Shown here: positions 38,445-42,137 of the stretch, piece by piece
Layout of the letters: each line of letters opens with the position of its first letter
How positions within the stretch are numbered: position 1 is the first letter of the stretch
Assembly: GCA_005880445.1 (NCBI GenBank)
Contig: VBGJ01000148.1
Span: 1-42,137 of the forward strand
Source: Chloroflexota bacterium
GTDB lineage: Bacteria > Chloroflexota > Dormibacteria > Aeolococcales > Aeolococcaceae
Direction: 5' to 3'
Length of the DNA: 42,137 nt
The notes under the pieces: generated by a model
What the model saw: only the letters and a program-made list of their open reading frames with translations
Database searches by the model: none
What the model was told of the DNA's origin: nothing
Translations under genes and position numbers: made by a program

Positions 38445-39343
38445 CCGAGCACCGGAGCATCGGCTTCCTCCTGCATCCGGGTGAGCAGCCGGCCGTGCAG
38501 GGCGCGATTGCGCGAGCACAGGCGTGCGGGTTCGGGGTCTGGACCGCGCTGGATCGGCCGGAGGACGCGGTTGCGGAGCACGCGAGCGACGCCAAGCTGC
38601 TGGTGACGGTCGGCGGTGACGGCACGTTTCTCTACGGCGCGCGTCTCGCCGCCCCGCGTGCGATCCCCGTGATGGGTGCGAACCGTGGACGTCTCGGCTT
38701 CCTCAACGACGTGGAGATCGACCAGCTGCCCGATGCGATCACGCGGTTCTGCAGCGGCGAGTACAGCATCCAGCGGCGCTCGCTGATCGACGTCGAGCTG
38801 GGAGGTGAGGGAGAGGCCGCGCGCGCCCTGGCGCTCAACGAGGTCGTGGTCCGCGCCCGTGACGTCAACGTCGCCCGACTGCGAGTCGATGCCGATTCCG
38901 ACCTGCTCGGCGTCTTCGACTCGGACGGGATCGTGGTGGCCACCGCGACCGGCTCGACCGCGTACGCGCTCAGCGCCGGCGGCCCGCCAGTCGATCCGCG
39001 CCTGCGCGCGCTCGTGGTGGTGCCTCTCGCGCCGCATGCGGTGATCAGCCGCGCGGTCGTCATCCCTGACGCGGTGCGGGTGCGAGTCACCGTGGAACGC
39101 GGTCACGTCTTCGTTGCCGTCGACGGCGCGTCGATCGGCGATCTGACCGACGACGGCGACGTGCTCGTTCGTCCCGGCCCGGATCTCGCCGTGGTCCGGT
39201 TCGCGGATTCGCCGACGTTCCACGAGCGGCTGCGCCAGAAGTTCCGGTTCGGCGTGCCGCACAAGGAGCTCGAGACGCGGGACGCCGTCGACGCGGAGCC
39301 CGAGCAGATCGAGCCCGGGAAGGCGCTGCATGACGCTTCGTGA
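38441..39343 (+). CDS. nadK: NAD kinase
   Basis: GGDGT, N.GRLGFL, ALNEVV, DG..VATATGSTAYALSAGGP. Confidence 0.95.
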   Translation: MTEHRSIGFLLHPGEQPAVQGAIARAQACGFGVWTALDRPEDAVAEHASDAKLLVTVGGDGTFLYGARLAAPRAIPVMGANRGRLGFLNDVEIDQLPDAITRFCSGEYSIQRRSLIDVELGGEGEAARALALNEVVVRARDVNVARLRVDADSDLLGVFDSDGIVVATATGSTAYALSAGGPPVDPRLRALVVVPLAPHAVISRAVVIPDAVRVRVTVERGHVFVAVDGASIGDLTDDGDVLVRPGPDLAVVRFADSPTFHERLRQKFRFGVPHKELETRDAVDAEPEQIEPGKALHDAS

Positions 39344-41072
39344 GCTCCGCGTCAACGACGTCGCGGTCGTCTCGGATGCAACGCTCGGTCTCGACTCGGG
39401 ATTCGGTGTTCTCACCGGCGAGACGGGGGCGGGCAAGTCCGTGTGCATCACCGCGTTGCGAATCGCACTTGGCGGCCGCGCGGACACCGACGTCATCCGC
39501 CCTGCCGCGACCGCTGCTCGCGTGGCGGCAGCTTTCCAGGACGTCCCCGCCAGTGTCACCCAGCGCCTGGTGGAGCTCGGCATCCCTCCCGACGATCTGG
39601 CCACCCTGAGTCGCGAGGTGCCGCGCAGCGGCCGGAGCACCTGCCGCGTCAACGGAGCGCTGGTCTCGCAGGCTGTGCTCCGGGAGATCGGCGATGCGCT
39701 CGTGGAGGTGACGGCCCAGGGAGCGAGCCAGCGCCTGATGCGGCGCGCGTGGCAGCGAGACCTGCTCGACAGCGCCGGCGGCGACACGACGTCCGCGGCG
39801 CGACAACGTGTCGCGGACGCCGTGCTCGCCATGCGCGCCGCCGACTCCGCTCTCGAGTCGGCGCGTCGCGCCTCCCGCAGCGATGCGGCCGCGCTGGACC
39901 GCGCCAGGGCGCTGGTGGCGGATCTCGGAGCCTTGGAGTTGCGCGCGGGAGAGGACTCAGAGCTGGCCGGCGAATGCCTGATGCTCCGACACGCCGCGGC
40001 CATCGTGGGCGCGGCGTCCGCTCTGGCCGGCGCCGCCGCGGGAGACGAGACCGGGGCGGCGGATCTCGTCGCAGCTGGATCGGTCGACGCTGGTGCCCTC
40101 GGGGGCCTCGATCCCGCTCTGGCGTCGCTCGCGGAGCGGGCGGTATCGCTGGTCGATGTGCTGCGTGAGCTCGCCCTCGATGCGCGCCGCCACGCGGCGG
40201 GCGTCAGCGTCGACGAGGGGCGACTGGCGGAGATCGAGCAGCGCCTCGATCTGCTCGCCAGGGTCGCGCGGCGGCACGGTTCGATCGAGGAGGCGATCGC
40301 TGACCTCGACGGTGCGAGCGAGCTGCTCGCGGCGGCCGAGGGCGGCGAGGACGCTGCGAGCCGGCTTGAAGCGGGTGCGACCGCAGCTCGTGAGGCGGTG
40401 GCCCAGGCCGCCTCGGCGCTGGGCGCGGCCCGGTCCGCCGCCGCGCGCCGGCTCGAGCAGGCGGTCACCGCCGAGCTTCGCGACCTCGAGTTGCCGCATG
40501 CCCGGTTTCGCATCATCCTGGGCCGCTCACCGGACCCGCTCGGCGTCGACCTCGGCGACGGCATCCCAGTGCGCTGCGGGCTGCACGGGGTCGACGACGT
40601 CGACTTTCGCTTCGCGGCGAACCGCGGCATGGTCCCGGTCCCTCTGGACGAGGGGCCGTCTGGCGGCGAGCTCTCGCGCATCTCACTGGCCCTGTCCGCC
40701 GTCGTCACTGAGGAGGCTGCGCCGGTTCTGGTGCTCGACGAGGTGGATGCCGGCATCGGCGGGGAGACCGCCGCGCGCGTCGGCGACGTGCTGGCCGCCA
40801 TCGGTGAGAACCGGCAGGTGCTGGCCGTGACTCACCGCGCCGAGATCGCCGCCCGGGCCGGCCATCACCTCGTCGTGAGCAAGCGAGATGACCCCGGTGG
40901 TGCCGTCGCCTCGGTTGCCCCGGTGGACGGCGAGCCACGGGTGCACGAGATCGCGCGTCTCATGTCGGGCCGGGCGACTCCGGCGGCACTAGACCGTGCG
41001 GGTGAGCTTCTCGACGAGGGGCGTGATGGCAGCGCGCGTCCGCGGGCCCGATCCGCGACCCGTACCATGTGA
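39330..41072 (+). CDS. recN: DNA repair protein RecN
   Basis: LTGETGAGKS Walker A, coiled coil, SGGELSR signature, LDEVDAGIGG Walker B, QVLAVTH, EIARLM.G; follows tlyA-nadK. Confidence 0.93.
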   Translation: MTLRELRVNDVAVVSDATLGLDSGFGVLTGETGAGKSVCITALRIALGGRADTDVIRPAATAARVAAAFQDVPASVTQRLVELGIPPDDLATLSREVPRSGRSTCRVNGALVSQAVLREIGDALVEVTAQGASQRLMRRAWQRDLLDSAGGDTTSAARQRVADAVLAMRAADSALESARRASRSDAAALDRARALVADLGALELRAGEDSELAGECLMLRHAAAIVGAASALAGAAAGDETGAADLVAAGSVDAGALGGLDPALASLAERAVSLVDVLRELALDARRHAAGVSVDEGRLAEIEQRLDLLARVARRHGSIEEAIADLDGASELLAAAEGGEDAASRLEAGATAAREAVAQAASALGAARSAAARRLEQAVTAELRDLELPHARFRIILGRSPDPLGVDLGDGIPVRCGLHGVDDVDFRFAANRGMVPVPLDEGPSGGELSRISLALSAVVTEEAAPVLVLDEVDAGIGGETAARVGDVLAAIGENRQVLAVTHRAEIAARAGHHLVVSKRDDPGGAVASVAPVDGEPRVHEIARLMSGRATPAALDRAGELLDEGRDGSARPRARSATRTM

Positions 41073-41079
41073 ATCCATC

Positions 41080-41862
41080 ATGGACGGTGGCGACGAACCC
41101 AGTCGCACTGCGACTCCGGTCGCGCTGACGCTGGATCTCGACGCTCACGAGCCAGATCGATTTCTCGTTGACGTGCCGGGATTTCGTGGGACTCTCGAGG
41201 ATTTGGTGCGTCACGCCCATCACGGCGATGTCGACGTGACGCAGATTCCAGTCGCGGCCATCACGGAGCAGTTCCGCGCGCTCGTGGAGGGCGACGAGCG
41301 CCGTCCGGACCTCGACGACGTGGCGGCGTTCCTGACCCTGGTTGCGCGCCTGGTCGCGCTCAAGGCCGCGGCCGTGATGCCGGACACCTCGGTCCTCGCC
41401 GACACCGAAGACGTGGACGGCGACGGTGCCACCGACGCCGGCAACCGGCTTGCTGAGTACCGTCTGTACAGGGCGGCCGCCGAAGCGCTGCTGGGTGATG
41501 CGGCGGAGGAGGGTGCTCGCAGCTTTCTCGGGATGGTGTCGCCGGATGTCATCCCAGTCGAGCGGATGCGCATACCCCCCGAGCGGCTGGCCGCCGCGTT
41601 CCGGCGCGTCTTGGAGCGGCTGGCGGACGAGGAGCCCCTGCCCGTCGGAGCCCTGACGTTCTCTGTGGCGGAGAAGGCCGACGAGCTGCGGGCTCGCTTG
41701 CGCGCCGGCGTGCTGCAGTTCGAGGAGATCTTCGCCGCCGTGCGCTCGCGCCTCGAGGCGGTGGCGTGCTTCCTGGCGCTGCTCGAGCTTCTGCGACTCG
41801 GGGAGGCGACCGTCGAGCAGCTCGAGGCCTTCGGCCCGATCACGGTGCGCGGCGGTGGATGA
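41080..41862 (+). CDS. scpA: Segregation and condensation protein A (kleisin)
   Basis: F.G.L..L....V....IP.A.ITEQF, FL.L.A.L..LK, RL.EY..Y..AA..L, FLALLELLRLG...EQ...FGPI; followed by scpB. Confidence 0.85.
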   Translation: MDGGDEPSRTATPVALTLDLDAHEPDRFLVDVPGFRGTLEDLVRHAHHGDVDVTQIPVAAITEQFRALVEGDERRPDLDDVAAFLTLVARLVALKAAAVMPDTSVLADTEDVDGDGATDAGNRLAEYRLYRAAAEALLGDAAEEGARSFLGMVSPDVIPVERMRIPPERLAAAFRRVLERLADEEPLPVGALTFSVAEKADELRARLRAGVLQFEEIFAAVRSRLEAVACFLALLELLRLGEATVEQLEAFGPITVRGGG

Positions 41863-42137
41863 CGTCGTCATCGACATCTTCGGGCGAGCTGTCGTTCCGA
41901 CCGCCTCTGTGGATGCCGAAGCGGAGGATCTCGCCCCCGCGCTCGAGGCGGTGTGCTTCGCGCTGAGCCGGGCCGTTTCGGTGGCCGAGGCGGCCGAGAT
42001 CCTCGGTCGCAGCCCACGGGCGGTCGAAGCCGCGGCAGAGGTGCTGGCCTCCCAGCTTCGCGAGCGGGGCCTGATGCTGCAGCGCCACGCGGGGGCAATC
42101 CAGCTCGTGACCCGAGCGGAGGTGGCGTGGGCGGTGC
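41855..42137 (+). CDS. scpB: Segregation and condensation protein B, 5' part (runs off the window)
   Basis: Hand translation from GTG 41855: ...ALEAVCFALSRAVSVAEAAEIL...RGLMLQRH...IQLVTRAE, ScpB N-terminal winged-helix pattern. Confidence 0.85.
   Translation, partial: MDDVVIDIFGRAVVPTASVDAEAEDLAPALEAVCFALSRAVSVAEAAEILGRSPRAVEAAAEVLASQLRERGLMLQRHAGAIQLVTRAEVAWAV

Noticed and set aside
39330-42137. recN-scpA-scpB as a novel SMC or Wadjet-like complex
   Set aside because: RecN is a typical ~580 aa protein in the tlyA-nadK-recN context; proximity to scpAB fits contraction of the known actinobacterial gene order.

Overview
High-GC (roughly 70% by eye) bacterial chromosomal window, almost all + strand housekeeping genes with many overlapping stop/start junctions. 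Order: comM/yifB 3' end, dprA, topA, hslVU, S2 leader-rpsB-tsf-pyrH-frr-uppS-cdsA-dxr-rseP-ispG, proS, rel, hisS-aspS, an accessory/stress patch (palindromic element, GYD protein, two small membrane proteins, RsbW-like anti-sigma and SigB/F-type sigma factor with a matching promoter), alaS, orphan FtsA-like ATPase, frameshifted baseplate-J-like membrane protein, ruvX, aroE, A24 peptidase, PH-domain protein, aroC-aroKB-aroQ-efp-asp23-nusB-xseA-xseB(broken)-tlyA-nadK-recN-scpA-scpB(partial). The mix of Firmicute-like and actinobacterial gene order suggests a Terrabacteria soil lineage such as Dormibacterota or Chloroflexota (inference). The best candidate for an undescribed system is the FtsA paralog plus baseplate-J-like bitopic protein between alaS and ruvX. 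Also notable: an apparently kinase-dead RsbW, an XseB with an SSB-like C-terminal tail behind a LexA-like box, and recurrent near-leaderless promoters. No rRNA, tRNA, CRISPR array or transposase was seen. All assignments are by motif recognition; no searches were run.
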